A stretch of 52,335 bases of DNA from Chiloscyllium plagiosum. Its lineage: Eukaryota. The notes beneath the pieces were generated by a model. It was given only the letters and a program-made list of their open reading frames with translations. It was not told the DNA's origin and ran no database searches. This document shows positions 38,430 to 51,499 of this stretch, piece by piece. Each line of letters begins with the position of its first letter. The stretch's first letter is position 1. Where the stretch lies: the NCBI RefSeq assembly GCF_004010195.1, contig NC_057719.1, positions 52,968,745 through 53,021,079 of the forward strand, given 5' to 3'. The position numbers were made by a program, and so were the translations under genes.

Positions 38430-39960
38430 TGATCTTCTTTTAGGAAGAATGTGAAGGCATTAGACATAGTTCAGAGGAGTTTTGCTGGATTGTTAACAGG
38501 AAGGAGTAGGTTGCCCTCTGAGAGTAGGTTGAACAGGATAGGCTTGTCTCCATTGGAGTTTAAAAAAATGATAGGTGAGCTGCTTGAACTTTATAAAGTC
38601 CTGAAGTGGATGTGGAAATGCTGTTTACTTTTGTGGATGAATCCATAATTGCTAGATACTGTTTTAAAAGGAGAGCTCACTCTTTTCAGACAGTATAAGG
38701 AAAAAAGTATTTTCTCAGAGAGTTAATGTGACTTTGAAACAGTCTGTCTGAGAAGAGAAATTATGGGGGAAAATTCTGAAGGAGTGAATGAATTCACTTT
38801 GAGAGACAAGGTTTGATCAGGGATAGTCAGCATGGCTTCATCAAAGAGAGGTCATGCATTTCAATTTTAATTGAAATTTTGAGATGATCAGGTGTATAGT
38901 TGTTGTAGTGTTGTTGATGTAGTTTATATGAATTTCAGCAAAGTCTTTGAAAAGTACCAGGGCAGACTGATAAGGAACATAAAAGCACATGGGATCCAAG
39001 GCAAACTGGCAAGTTGGATCCCAAATTGGCTTGGTAGAAGGCTGCTTGTGTGACTGGAGACTGGTGTATAGTAATGTAACACTGTGATCAGTGCAGGGTC
39101 CTTTATTATTCATGATACATATAAACAATATAGGTGAGAGTGTGGGAGGGATGATAGTAAGTTTGCAGATGACAAAAAGATTGATTGGGTGGTTGACAGT
39201 GGGGAAGACAATCTTAGAATACTGGAGATATAGAAGGGTTAATCAGATGGGTAGATCAGAGGTGGATGGAATTTAACCTTGAAAAGTATGAGGTGATATA
39301 CTCTGGAAGAAGTCACAAGACAAAGGAGTACTCAATAAATAGAAAGATACTAAGCAGCTCAGAGGAGCAGGGTAATTTTGGGGTGCTTGTTCACAGATTT
39401 CTGAAGGTGGTAGGATGGGTGAATAGGGTATTTAAGGTGACATATGGGGTACTTCCCTTTATCAGTTGTTGCAAACATTAAAGTTGCATGGAAGTCAAGT
39501 TGGAGCTGTGCTAAACATTGGTTATATTACAGCTGAGAGCATTGTATGCAGCTCTGGTCACTTCACTGGAGTGAGTGCAAAGCTTAGGTCCTTTTCTTCA
39601 TTGAAAAAAAAGGTTGAGAGGGGACCTGTTAGAGATGTACAATATTACGAGGGGAATGGACAGTTTGGATAAGAAGTAGCTGATTCCTTTGGTTAATTAA
39701 ATGGCATAATTTTAAAATTAAGGGCAGGAGGTTTTCAGGGAATTTGAGGAAACATTCTTTCACACAGATGTTGGTGAGAATCTGGAAGACACTGCCTGAA
39801 AGCTATAGAGACAGAAAACCTCACAACCTTTAAAAGGGCAATTGAAATGTTATATCATTCAAAACTATGAGCCGGGTGCTGGGGGGAGAGAGATTATGCA
39901 GTTAGGGCAGCACAGATGCAATCGATTGAAGGCCTCTATGTATTGAATGACTCTGACTCT
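38430..39960 (+). mobile_element. Two old CR1 LINE fragments (38430-38760 and 38800-39960)
   Basis: VQRSFAGL..LNRIGL; DSQHGF, QGPLLFMIHIN, MEFNLEKYEVI; gactctgactct tail. Confidence 0.85.
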
Positions 39961-41749
39961 ACAGTAGAGGTGGGGTCATTAATATTGTTAAGGTAGAGAG
40001 CAACAAGCTCTTGTTAAGCAATGAAATCAATGACTACTGCAGCTCAATGGGAATTTGAGATTCAAAACACATTAATCAGGACCTTATCGAATGGTGGAGA
40101 AGGCTTTAGAGGGCAAATAGTCTAATTCTGTTCCTATTTCATTTGTTTTTTGTTGTTATTATTAATGAGATTCAGAATTCACCATTTAAACATTTAGAGG
40201 GAAAACAGTGATTCCTTCGATGCCGAAAAGCTGCATTTTGCCATTTTGTTTCTCTCTATTTTCCCAACTTTCTTACGAATGCCTGCATTGCTCAAGGCAA
40301 TGGAAAATTCCACCCAATGTTTCATAATGAGAGGGAGATGGAATCAAGCCCATATTCTCTGTCAAAGGAAGAAAAGGAAAGAGATAAAATAGGCAAGAGT
40401 GGGAAGCAGGTGAAAGGGTTTTGCTAATTTTAATAATGTTGAAAGATTGTGCTGAATTTTCCCAGCCCTGGTATGACTAAATGGGTGAGACTACTACGAG
40501 AAAACTGGGTTGGGTCAGATTCCCCATCTATTATTATCTTTAAAGGTCTTTCTGGAGCTGATTGAGGATGAGGCTTGTCATGGAGGCAGGCACATAGGGC
40601 AGCTAGGCACCACCTGGGGGCCACCTTGCCTCAGTGGCAATATTTTCACACTATGAGTCTGGACTCCTGTTGTGGCCAACGGCTGACAGTTCAATAATAG
40701 TGAGCTCTCAGCAGGAGGACAACAGGTTAACAAAGTCAAAAGCTCCATGTTTCAATGACAGAGCCATGGGAGGAAAGGCTGCAACTACATCCAACCACAA
40801 GTCTATGGAAGGAGTTCCCTGCTAATCTGATGGCCCCATCGATTCAAGGGACTGATTCCTGAAAGTTGCAGCAATGACACAACAGGTATATACTGCCCAC
40901 TTACATGTGTCTGATATTAAAATCCCGATGGACACCAGAAATTGCACAGAGAGAATCTAGAAGGAAACTATTTCCTTATAGTTTTAAACTATAAGGTTTT
41001 AACTACTCCAGCACTCTCCTGTCCCCTAATTTTATTTTTCGCCTCTTTCCTTCTTCAATGTTTCTAAATTCTTCATTCAATTAGTTTTTAATCATTATGT
41101 ATTTTCTATTCAAGGTTCTAATAGAACAACTTGTGTAGAACAGAGGATTGTGCTGTGCATGTTGTGTTCACATTCTCTTGATCCATGGCGAGTCAAAACA
41201 AATGCCATTCTTTAATCCTTTGAGTCTTCAACCCCATGGTATCCCTCCTCTAACCAAGAGTGGATTTAAAAGTTGCAATGCTGTCAGATGGCCCAAGGCC
41301 ATCTCACAAGCTTGCTTACAATAAAACAATCTGGACTGACCTCAATCTTTCCTGCCAACCTTATTGGGATTGGATCATATTTATTCTCTCTGTTTATGCT
41401 TCCTGTTAAAAGTCACTGGCTATAATGTCCATTGTTTTTTTTTTAAAATGATAGTTAGAAATGGTGAATGAGTTAAGTGCTTGAAATTGTTACTGATATG
41501 ATTTTACATAAACAAATGTGCTACCGAGGAAAAACTATCTTTATCTGTACACATTTATTGGCAGAGACAATGGAAACAGCCTTTCAAAAACAAAATTGAA
41601 CTTTTAATTGTCTCTTTTGTGTATAGAAGAAACTGATGTAAAGCTCCACAGAGTGGATTTGATTGATAGGTCAACTAAACTAAATTGTAGATAATAAAAG
41701 TCAGCTTACATGCAGTGTACTTTCAGTGTTACTGGAATTCTAGTACAAT

Positions 41750-41945
41750 CAATTATTTCAAGGAATGTGACTTTGCAAGATTTGTTGTCCTGGGAAATTT
41801 GATTCTGCATACTCCTGAAGTTTGGAGGATTGTTATTATTTGAATTAAAGTCCCCAAAGGGCTGAGCTTCCTATATATGCGAAACTCTTTCTCTAATTTA
41901 CAGACTCCCTTACTGACAGAGGTCCTTGTGCAGAACAGCATTTAA
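41750..41945 (-). pseudogene. Ig-domain remnant
   Basis: ORF 41753..41941 YRKLSPLGTLIQIITILQTSGVCRI resembles G-x-L-x-I...D-S-G-x-Y-x-C. Confidence 0.45.
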
Positions 41946-43309
41946 TCAACTCTTAAGCGTAGGTGAAAGACATGCTGCCACGGAAAGTTACGTGAGTGGA
42001 GTTTTAAAAACAAACATCTAATCCACTGGCATTCTTTTCATTATTGTGCGAATAGGAATAAATTACTAGGCTGAAGTATTGTTTATTTATCAGCCTTCAA
42101 GGGCCATTATGAGCATTTTTGGAGAGAAATTAAATGTACATCATTTATATTGCAATAACATGGAATGGAAAGAAATTGGAAGAAAAAAACCTTCTATGTG
42201 AACATTCCCTTACTGTTAGTTTTGGTGGCTTGAATAAAATAGATATTACATGTAAATATTTACATTAAAGAATATTCATTTGTTGTCAGGAGCATGATCA
42301 CTGAAAACTATCTGTTCCTTAAGTATTTCCTACCCCTTTATGTACAAGTAACATGAAAATGAAGATTAATTGTGTTATTGTGTTAAATGTTTTGCAAGCA
42401 AATTAATATGATCTATCTGTTTTCAATGGCAATGATGATCTTTAATTTAGATATTCTTGTTTAATATATAAATATAGATGAAATAGAAAAGAAGGATTTC
42501 TGAAATAATCACTATAATACTGATTACCCATGATTAATAGATCACACATTTGTTTTTGAACAATTAACTGCAGAATTCTTGGCAGCAAGTGATTAACAGT
42601 TGGGTAAGCAGAATTCAAATGGAACTTTCCCTTCTTACCATGGGATTAGACTGTTTAATATAGGAGAAAAATATCAACTCTATAGAATTCCAGTAATATC
42701 TAATCTTTTCATTGTTTTTTTTTCCAATCACTTAGTGCAAAAGTGAAAAGTATGCTCTTTCCTAACATTGTCACTTCATACTTTCACAGAACAAACAATT
42801 AGGACATAGATTTTCTGACAATGAGTCAAAAAGACAACTGGCTATATAATTCAAAGGTCTTCGGTCAAACAGACAGTCTGGACTTTATTTTTAACCTATT
42901 TTTCTAATAAACATATTTGAAGATGTTGTTACACACCTCTGGAGTAGGTGAGACTTAAACCTGGGCCTCCAAGTCCTGGAGTAAGGTCATTACCACCACA
43001 CCATAAAAGCCCTTTTGATTGGTGCCTTGTGCATTCATCACAATATGGTATATCTGCAGTTTAAACAATGAAGACAAAACATTTGTAATGGCTAATATAT
43101 TTATCTTGTGATTGCAGTGCTAGAATAGCCCATGATAAATCTGTGATCTGGGCTGAGTAGATGTGGTATTGTAGAATATCCAACATTGATTTGATGTACT
43201 CTCACAGTTTTTAGATCGTAACCTCCTGCCTCCAACACCTCACACCCTACACACAATGGCTGGGTTTGGGGAGGGGGAGCAGCGGCGGGTGGGTCGGCGA
43301 GCAATGGTA

Positions 43310-43615
43310 AAGAGGCATTACCCCAGGACTGTTAATCCATAGACCCAGAGATGTTTTTGGGACAATGATAACATTTCAAATCAATAAAAATCTGGAATTA
43401 AGCATCTAATAATGTCCATGAAACCATTGCCAACTATCAGAAAAATTCCACCTGGGTATGTCCTTGAGGGAAGGCAACTACCATCTGGTCTTGCTAACAA
43501 TGTGAGTCCAGACCCACAACAATGTGGCTGACGCTTAACTACCCTCTTTGTAATTAGGGTTGGGCAATAAATGCTGGCCTAGTTAGTGATGTCCCTTATC
43601 CTTTGAAAGAATTAC
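43310..43615 (+). mobile_element. Old SINE with L2-like 3' end
   Basis: gagtccagacccacaacaatgtggctgacgcttaact...gggcaataaatgctggcc; a related reverse copy lies at ~47500-47910. Confidence 0.6.
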
Positions 43616-43879
43616 AAAAAAAACAATCAGCACTTTTGGTATGGCTATAACTAACAAATAAAATAGTTAAGAAGGAAGACAATAGGTGGAACTTTGTCAG
43701 TGGTGTGTTGTTCCCAGTTTCAGAGCTAAAAATATGCATGCTCTATTAAGGAACAGTTCAAGCTACATTGTCTCCATGAATTTTACTGATATCACACCCA
43801 GTCTAGGGGTGAGACAGACTGTAACTGTCACAATGTAAGCAGATGTATCTGCATCAGTTTCCGAAGGTCCTACTAATTT

Positions 43880-44270
43880 AGCCCACAAATGTAATTGCAT
43901 TTATTGCCCTCTTGTGACACCAATGTCACTTCTGTCCACATTCTACGGTGGCACATCCATTACCTCAAATCGCGATATCAGCCAAAAAACAAAGAAAAGA
44001 CAAGGAAATATTGGTGCCAAAAAGCCTACTGCTTTCCCCTCGTCCACCTCCTTAGTCACCTTCTCAAAGAATTCAATAAGGTTTGTGAGGCACGACCTGC
44101 CCTTCACAAAAACAAAGAAAAGACAAGGAAATATTGGTGCCAAAAAGCCTTTCACATACTGGTCAAGGGGCCAATGCTACAAAGCACCTGCAGTGGGCCC
44201 CTGTGAAAATTTCACTTGCTTGTGGTTGCACATATCTGACCCCTACCACAAAGAGAAGAGATCTGGAAGA
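43880..44270 (-). pseudogene. Ig-domain remnant carrying a templated insertion
   Basis: With the insertion removed: DQYVKGFLAPIFPCLFFVFW...*NVDRSDIGV. Confidence 0.4.
43985..44150. repeat. Perfect 43-bp direct repeat flanking an 80-bp internal CR1 RT fragment
   Basis: aaaaacaaagaaaagacaaggaaatattggtgccaaaaagcct at 43985-44027 and 44108-44150. The insert encodes GRSCLTNLIEFFEKVTKEVDEGKAV on the minus strand. Confidence 0.95.
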
Positions 44271-44571
44271 CCCAGAAGGAAAGAAATAAAAAGTAAGCAA
44301 GTGAGTTTACCACCTTAGAGAGTAATATTTCTTCAAGAAGACACAATCAGTTACTAGCTGAATCATCATTCCAAACAAAGGTACATCGATTCTTTTCAAA
44401 CCTAAATTGCAGTTTTAAATATTTCTCATTAAATTGGTTTCACTTCATTCACGCGCACATCACTATTGTTTACTGAGATTAGTCTAGTTTGAGTCAAATG
44501 GAACACTCATTTCATTGTCAGCATGTAATGAGAGTTACAGGGATTTTGGGGACATTGTTGTAAAAGAAATA

Positions 44572-44980
44572 ATAGATTGCACTCATTGGAGTTTAGAAGA
44601 ATGAGAGGTACCTTATTGAAATATCCAAATTCTTATGGGGCATAATAGGGTGGATATTAACTTTTGTGACAGAGTCTAGGATCAGAGGAGATAATCTCAG
44701 AGGAAAGAGTTGCCCATTTAAGACAAAGATGAGATGGAAGGTTTTCTCTCAGAGAGAGGTGAATCTCTGGAATTCTTTACCACAGAGAGGCAAAGAGTTG
44801 ATGAGTTTGGGTTGTTAAGAGTATTCAAGGCTTAGATACACAGATTTTTGATTCATAAGGGTATCAAGGTTTATGAGAAAAAGGCATTTATCTGGAGTTG
44901 AGGATAATCAGATCAACCATGATCTTATTGAATGGCAAAACAGCCATGAATGGTCCACTGGTGATGATATGTCTTATGGT
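44572..44980 (+). mobile_element. CR1 LINE 3' fragment
   Basis: SLEFRRMRGTLLK, gtgaatctctggaattct, and 3' UTR ccatgatcttattgaatggc. Confidence 0.85.
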
Positions 44981-44984
44981 CTTT

Positions 44985-46480
44985 TGTGTCTGATTTCCTT
45001 TTTTCTGCAATGGAAGGGTGTCTGAGTGTTAATGCATGCAGCATTCAGTACACACAGGCATGCCATACTGTGAACCTGACTAATGATCCTAAATTGGTTG
45101 TCAACTTGATTCATTGAATACTTAAGATTAGTTTCCAAATGCACAATTGCAAAACAACATCTAACATTAAACATTGTGTTGTGGGTTTTACAAGTATGGA
45201 CTGCTTGAGTACAATTAGTACATTTTTTTTTTGCAAAACCTAAAGGGACATGATATGATATACTAATCTTTGGGTTGTACAGGCCACATATCTGGCAGTA
45301 TACTGGCAGAGAAAATCATATATCACATTATTAATTTGAGAGATTAATAGAAGCTCTTTTTGGATAGTGAGAAGCATCCTATTAGTGATGGACACAACTA
45401 GTTTGCTTTTACAGTAATATTTAAGTTTAGTATTACCAAATAACTGCAAGTAAAAAATAATGATTTATTGAAAATTTATTCAGTCTACATTGAGCTTACC
45501 TCTGATCCAATTAACATTTGAAGACTATATTTCATAAGCACTGCAATTCCAGTGGTTAGATTTTTAAAGGTTAATGAACAGTCATGAATGAAATGAGAGC
45601 TAATTAAAATAAGGTGTTGAAGTACTTTTATATAATATATGAAAAAAACTCAATTTTGGTCTTATACAATACATTGAACAGACATCTATCAAAAGTAATT
45701 ACCAAAACGTTATATATTTGGTAACAATTTGACTTTTTAAAGTGGCACCTTATAACTGCTGAAAGTAAGAAGACTCCTTTTGTTGATTAACCTCAAAAGG
45801 CAACCAATATAGTGCAGTGTGTCAACAATAAAAGAAACATTTAGAATTTGATTAATCTCTGGACAATATAGCAGATCTTCTGAAAATGTAAAGTTTTGAA
45901 GAGAACAGAAGTCTTGAAGGAAACCAAGTAACTTCAGCATAATTGCCTTTGCTTTGTAGAATGATGATTCATTAGAGTTAACATAGCAACTGTCTTATGT
46001 TTGACTTGCATATGATAGTCTGTCGGACACCATTTCAGCAGAACTCAGAGAAGATCTCTGAGGGATACCATCAGGGACAGAGAGTTCTCAACAGAAGCAG
46101 AAATTAAATTCAGAAATTCTAATTTACAGTTTTCAACCACTTCAGGTCAGTAAGAGAAATCTTCAAGCGAAACGTGCTTTAATAATAACAAGCAGAGCTG
46201 TCTTTTATCTTTGTCAGCATATTTTATTTGTATCTACTTCTAATCTCTGTATCTGCATTTGAACCAAAAATATGTCTCCTCTTTCACTTGCAAATGGTAT
46301 TAAAATGGCCTCAGAGTTCTCATGGATGAGTTGTAATTGCCTAAAAGGGTTGGAGAGGAATTTCCCAAGGTTTCTTTTCACAACCGGGTTTAACCTTATT
46401 TTTCATGACATCTTGTGGATCATGTAACTTTGTCTGGGATGTGAAGTATATTTACAATGACGCAAAAGGTATTGGAATGA
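44985..46480 (-). pseudogene. Ig-domain remnants (interrupted by the Penelope fragment at 45245-45420)
   Basis: LRHCKYTSHP/KVT* (~46415-46468); SASVENSL/DGIP and VSDRLSY...VNSNESSFYKAKA (45945-46100); ACLCVLNAACINTQTPFHC (ORF 44974..45174). Confidence 0.45.
45245..45420 (-). mobile_element. Old Penelope GIY-YIG fragment
   Basis: TNRMLLTIQKELL..SQINNVIYDFLCQYTARYVACTTQRL matches NVVY-x-F-x-C...YVG-x-T-x-QRL. Confidence 0.7.
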
Positions 46481-47129
46481 TTTGGGACAAGATGGATGAA
46501 CAAGATTAAATATTCTTTTATTATTGTTTGCATGTTATTATTGTTTGTATGTTCAAGTGTTGTATTGTTGTTGGTGCTATATTTCAGTTATTATATTAAA
46601 GCAAAGGACCTTCTGCTTTCTCAGGCTTATATAAAAGATCCTAGAGCATTATTTGTAGAAAAGCAGCTGAGTACTCCTTGATGTTTGGATCAATATTTAC
46701 TTTTCAACCAACAACACACAAAAAAGCAATATCTGGTCATTATCTTATTGTTGTTTGTGGGATTTTAATCTGCCAAATGCCTTCCACATTTCCTTTAATG
46801 CATGAATGACCACATTTTGAGAGTACATTGATTGGTTTTGGATATAGGAGAAGATGATAAAAAGGAATATTTATATAGATCTTAAGTTTTTTTTCCTTAA
46901 AAAAGAATAAAGTCCTGGAAATACACAGTCTTATAGTTAGCAAATAGAATTAAAAAAAAGTAACCTTGTGTGTGTACTTTATGTTCATCAGAACTGGGTT
47001 CTGACAACACTCCAGACTGGTTCAAGGTATCACAGTATAAGCATTACTTACACTTTGTCTGTAGGAATACATTTTTCATATTTTCAACATTTTAAGTTAT
47101 AACTCACTCCAACATGTGGATTATTCCAA

Positions 47130-47385
47130 CGTGGGTTTCTTACGGGTGTGCCAGTGACCACCTCCCCCTCACCCCCCAGCTCCCCCAAGACTAAAGATAT
47201 GCAGATATAGGTGGATTGGCCATGCTAAATTACCCAGTGTCCAGCGATGTGCATGCTAGGTTAGCCATGGGAAATGGAGTGTTACAGGGATGGGGTGGGT
47301 CTGGGTGGGATGATTTTCAGAGGGTCAGTGTGGCCTCAATGGGCTGAATGGCCTACTTCCACACAGTAGAGATTCTATGATTCCA
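47130..47385 (+). mobile_element. HE1-type SINE, 5'-truncated
   Basis: gtgggtttct...taggtggattggccatgctaaatt...gattctatgattcc. Confidence 0.85.
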
Positions 47386-47934
47386 TGTATTCTACCCCTA
47401 CTTCCAAAACATTTAAACCCCTCTGCACCTTACAATTGTGCACTTATTCTCAGTTTAAGTAATACTTCTTATTGTCCTACCAAAAGAATGTGGGCCACCC
47501 TTGTTCATGGTGGCTTGCAAGAACAATTTCAGAAACAAATGTCAACCACATTGCTGTAGGCCTCAGGTTTTATGGAGGCAAAACCAGGTCAGGATAGATG
47601 ATTTCCTCCACTAAAGGAGACGAAGAAATAAGATGGAATTTTCAACAATGGTTACGTGGTTGCTGTGAGACTGGCTTTTAATTTCAGACTTTTAAAATTA
47701 AACTTAAATTTCACCATTAATGGTAGGATTCAATCCCACATTGTGCATATTACATATTGCCTGAACCTTATACTGGACTCTGGATTAATCATCTTATGAC
47801 ATTCCTATTGCCACATTGTCTCCCCCAGGTAAATTCCACTGGATGCTACATAAGGTTTGAACCTAAAACCACATGCCTGGGCCATTGGATTACTAGTCCA
47901 CTGCACCACTGTCCTCCATCTTTATATATTCTTC

Positions 47935-49575
47935 CAGCTTAAGTGAACATCTTCACACTTTCCCACATTATACTGTATCTACCAGATATTTGCCTACACA
48001 CTCAATCTTTACACAATGTTCTTATGTCTTCTTCACAACTCATTTTCCTACCTATCTTGATCTCTGAATTTATCTAGCGTACCTTCACTCTTCTCATCTA
48101 AGTCATTGATGTAAAGTGTAAAAGGTTGAGACCCCAGCACACACCCCTGCAGCACTCCACTGCCATCCTCTGCCTATCAGACAAAGTCCTACTTATGCAC
48201 ACTCTGTTTTCTGTCAGCCAGCTGATCTGCTATCCATGCTAAAACATCACCCCTATGCCGTTACCTCTTATTTTCTACATAACCTTTGATGTGATAGCTT
48301 GAAAATTTAAGTATAATATATTAACCCTCCATCCGCAGAACATGTTGCTCCTTCAAAGAACTCCAATCAATTGATCAAACTTGATTTCCCTTTGGTGAAA
48401 CCATGCTGACTCTTCCTAATTTCCTTGAGATTTTCTATGCGCCACCTATAACCTATGATTGCTTGCTTCTAACATCTTTCCTATAACAGATTTCAAACTG
48501 GCCTATTTCTTCATGTTTTCAATTTCCCTCCCTTCTTTGAACAGAGGGACTATATTTACTACTTCCCAGTTTAATTGAACCTTGCCAGAATGGAAAGAAT
48601 TTTGCAAAATTTACACCAACGTATCTACTACCTCATTAAGCCTTTTAAGAATTAAGGATGAAGTCCATCGAGATGGGAAGACTTTTCAGCTCAGATTCCA
48701 TCAATTTGTTGAGTACCATTTCCTTCACGATTGCAATTTCATGAACTTCCTCTCTTCTTTCCACTTCCTAATTTACAATTATTACTGAAATATTTTTGAT
48801 TCATCCAAATCAAAGACATAAACAAAATGTTTGTTTATTTCATCTGCCATTTCCTTTTTATGTATTGTTAACTCCCCATTCTAACTCGCTAGGGAACCAG
48901 TGCTCACTTTACTTACTCTTTTCCTTTTTAAATACCTGTAGAAACTTTTGCTATCCATTTTACATTCCCAGCTAACCTCCCCTATAATATCTTGCTTTTT
49001 ATTAAACTTTTAGTTTTACTCTACTGTGCCTATATTCTGACCAATAACTCATCTGACCTGCCACACAGTCATAAGCTTTTTCCTTAAGTTTGATGTTTTC
49101 CCTAACTTCTTTACTTAATTACGGATGGTTGATCTACCCTTTCAATTTTTTCTTTATAGTAGTCATACCCTTATTTTGAGTATTCTGAAATGTATCTTTA
49201 AATGTCTGGCACTGTGTCTTAATTGAACGATCCCCTAGCTTGGGATATGCCATCACACATCAGCCGATCAGTTTTCATGCCAACATAATTACCTGTATTT
49301 AGTTTTAAATCACTATTCTTAGACCTAATCTTCTTCTTTTCCAAACAAATGTAAATCTGAATCATATTCTGGTTGCTGCTAGCAGTGCCTTAACTCTGAA
49401 ACCTTCACATTCCAGAAACTAAATCCAACATAATCTGCTCTCTTGATAATTCTCAAGTAGTACTGCTTCAGGAAACAATCTTTCAAGTAGTCTATGAACA
49501 GTTCACCCAGGCTGTCATTGCTGATCTGATTTTTCCATTTTATATGTAGATTAAAGTAATCTATGATTATTGCAG
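47935..49575 (-). mobile_element. Old CR1 LINE ORF2 fragment
   Basis: IIIDYFNLHIKW, reversed SQHGFTKGKS and GVLQGCVLG motifs. Confidence 0.8.
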
Positions 49576-51092
49576 TCATAAAGTCATAGTGTCAGACAGC
49601 ACAGAAACAGACCCTTCGGTCCAACCAGTCCATGCCGTCCATATCACAAACTAAATTAGTTCCACCTGCCCACACATGACTCATATCCCTTTAGATAGTA
49701 TTACTTATCTAAATGTCTTTTAAACATTGTAACTGTAACCCGCAAACTTCCTCTGAAGTTCATTCCACACACATGAAGCACACTGTTAAAAAATGCCTCT
49801 CATGTCTTTTTTAATCCTTCTCTCACCTTAAAAGCATGACTCCCTAGTCTTGAAATCCCCCACCCTAGGGAAAAGACACCTGCCATTCAATTTCTCTCTA
49901 TGTCTCATTATTTTATAAACCTCTATAAGGTCGCCTCTCTACCTCCTATACGCTAGTGAAAATAGTCCCAGTCTATCCAGCCTGTCCTTGTAACTCCCAG
50001 CAACATCCTGGTAAATCTCTTCTGAACCCTCGACAGCTTAATAATATTGTTCCTATAACAGGGTGCCCAGAACTGGACACAGTACTTCAGAAGAGGCCTA
50101 GCCAGTGTCCTGTCCAACCTCAACATAACATTCCAACTCCTATATTCGAAGGTCTGAGCAATGAAGGCAAGCATGCTAAATGCCTTCTTAACCACCCTGT
50201 TGACATGTGATGCAAACTTCAAAGAATTATTGACCTGAACCTCTATGTCTCTCCATTCTACAACATTGCCCAAGGCTCTGTTTTAATTGTATAAATCTTG
50301 TCTTTGTTTGTTTTACCAAAATGTAATACCTCACATTTATCCAAATTAAACTTCATATGCCACTTTTCAGCTCATTGATACAATTGATCAAGATTTCTTT
50401 GTAATCTTAGATAACCTTCTTCACTGGGGAGAAAGTGAGGTCTGCAGATGCTGGAGATCAGAGCTGAAAATGTGTTGCTGGAGAAGCGCAGCAGGTCAGG
50501 CAGCATCCAGGGAACAGGAGAATCAACGTTTCGGGCATAAGCTTTTCCTGAAGAAGGGCTTATGCCCGAAACGTCGATTCTCCTGTTTCCTGATGCTGCC
50601 TGACCTGCTGCGCTTCTCCAGCAACACATTTTCAGCAACCTTCTTCACTGTCCACTATACCACCAATCTTGACATTATCTGCAAACTTGTTAACCATGCC
50701 TTCTATATTCTCATCTAACTCATTTATATAAATGACAAACAAAAATGGACCCAGTACCGATTCCTGTGGAACACCACTGAACACAGGCGTCCAGTCCAAG
50801 AAAACAACGAGCCACCATCACTGTCTGTCTCCTGCCATTAAGTCAGTTTTGTAACCAATTGGCAAGCTCGCTCTGAATCCCATGTAATCTAACTTCACTA
50901 ATTAGACCACCATGTGGAACCTTGTCAAAGGCCTTACTAAAGTCTAAGTAAATAATGTCTACCACTCTGCCCTCATCAATCTTCTTGGTTACTTCCTCAA
51001 AAAACTCAATCAAGTTCGTGGAAGACGATTTCCTTTGCACAAAACCATGCTGACTATCCTTAATCATTGCTTGCCTCTCCAAATGCAAGTAA
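49576..51092 (-). mobile_element. CR1 LINE RT and 3' end
   Basis: YLDFSKAFDKVPH; YCVQFWAP; gtcataaagtcatag tail. Confidence 0.93.
50427..50636. mobile_element. Young palindromic Penelope pLTR insertion with 14-bp TSD and intact hammerhead core
   Basis: aaccttcttcactg at 50413-50426 and 50637-50650; ~80-bp near-perfect inverted arms; CTGAAGA-a-gggc-ttat-gccc-GAAAc-gtc at 50548-50575. Confidence 0.95.
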
Positions 51093-51409
51093 GTCATATA
51101 CATATAAGTCCCTTTATCACAAGCATCGAAATTTGTTTCTTGTATATGTCATCCCACTTTGTGGTTTCTGTGAGAGAGGCCTGCAGAGCAGTCCCACCCA
51201 TGATTTCTTTCCCTGTGACTGTTCCTCATCCCCACCCAAGCATATTTCACATGCTGATCTCCTCAATTGAGGTCATCTCTACCTATTGCACAAGTGCCAC
51301 CCTTGATTGACAATGCTAGCTCTCAACCTCTTTCTAGCTTCCCAGTTATTCAAATACTCCTCAATATTTAGGACCTAATCTTTTCCATTCAGAAGTCACA
51401 TCCCTGAGA

Positions 51410-51490
51410 AAAACCCAACATGTTTGGCAACATCTGTGGAAACAAGGCAGAGTTAATGTTATGGATCCAGTGATTCTGCTTCAGAACTGG
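51410..51490 (-). mobile_element. Degraded Penelope pLTR stub
   Basis: Minus agttctgaagcagaatcactggatcc..aacattaactct. Confidence 0.65.
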
Positions 51491-51499
51491 TTATCTGTA

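Noticed and set aside
43985..44150. CRISPR-like repeat-spacer-repeat
   Set aside because: Only two repeats, the spacer is CR1 sequence, the context is eukaryotic and there are no cas genes.
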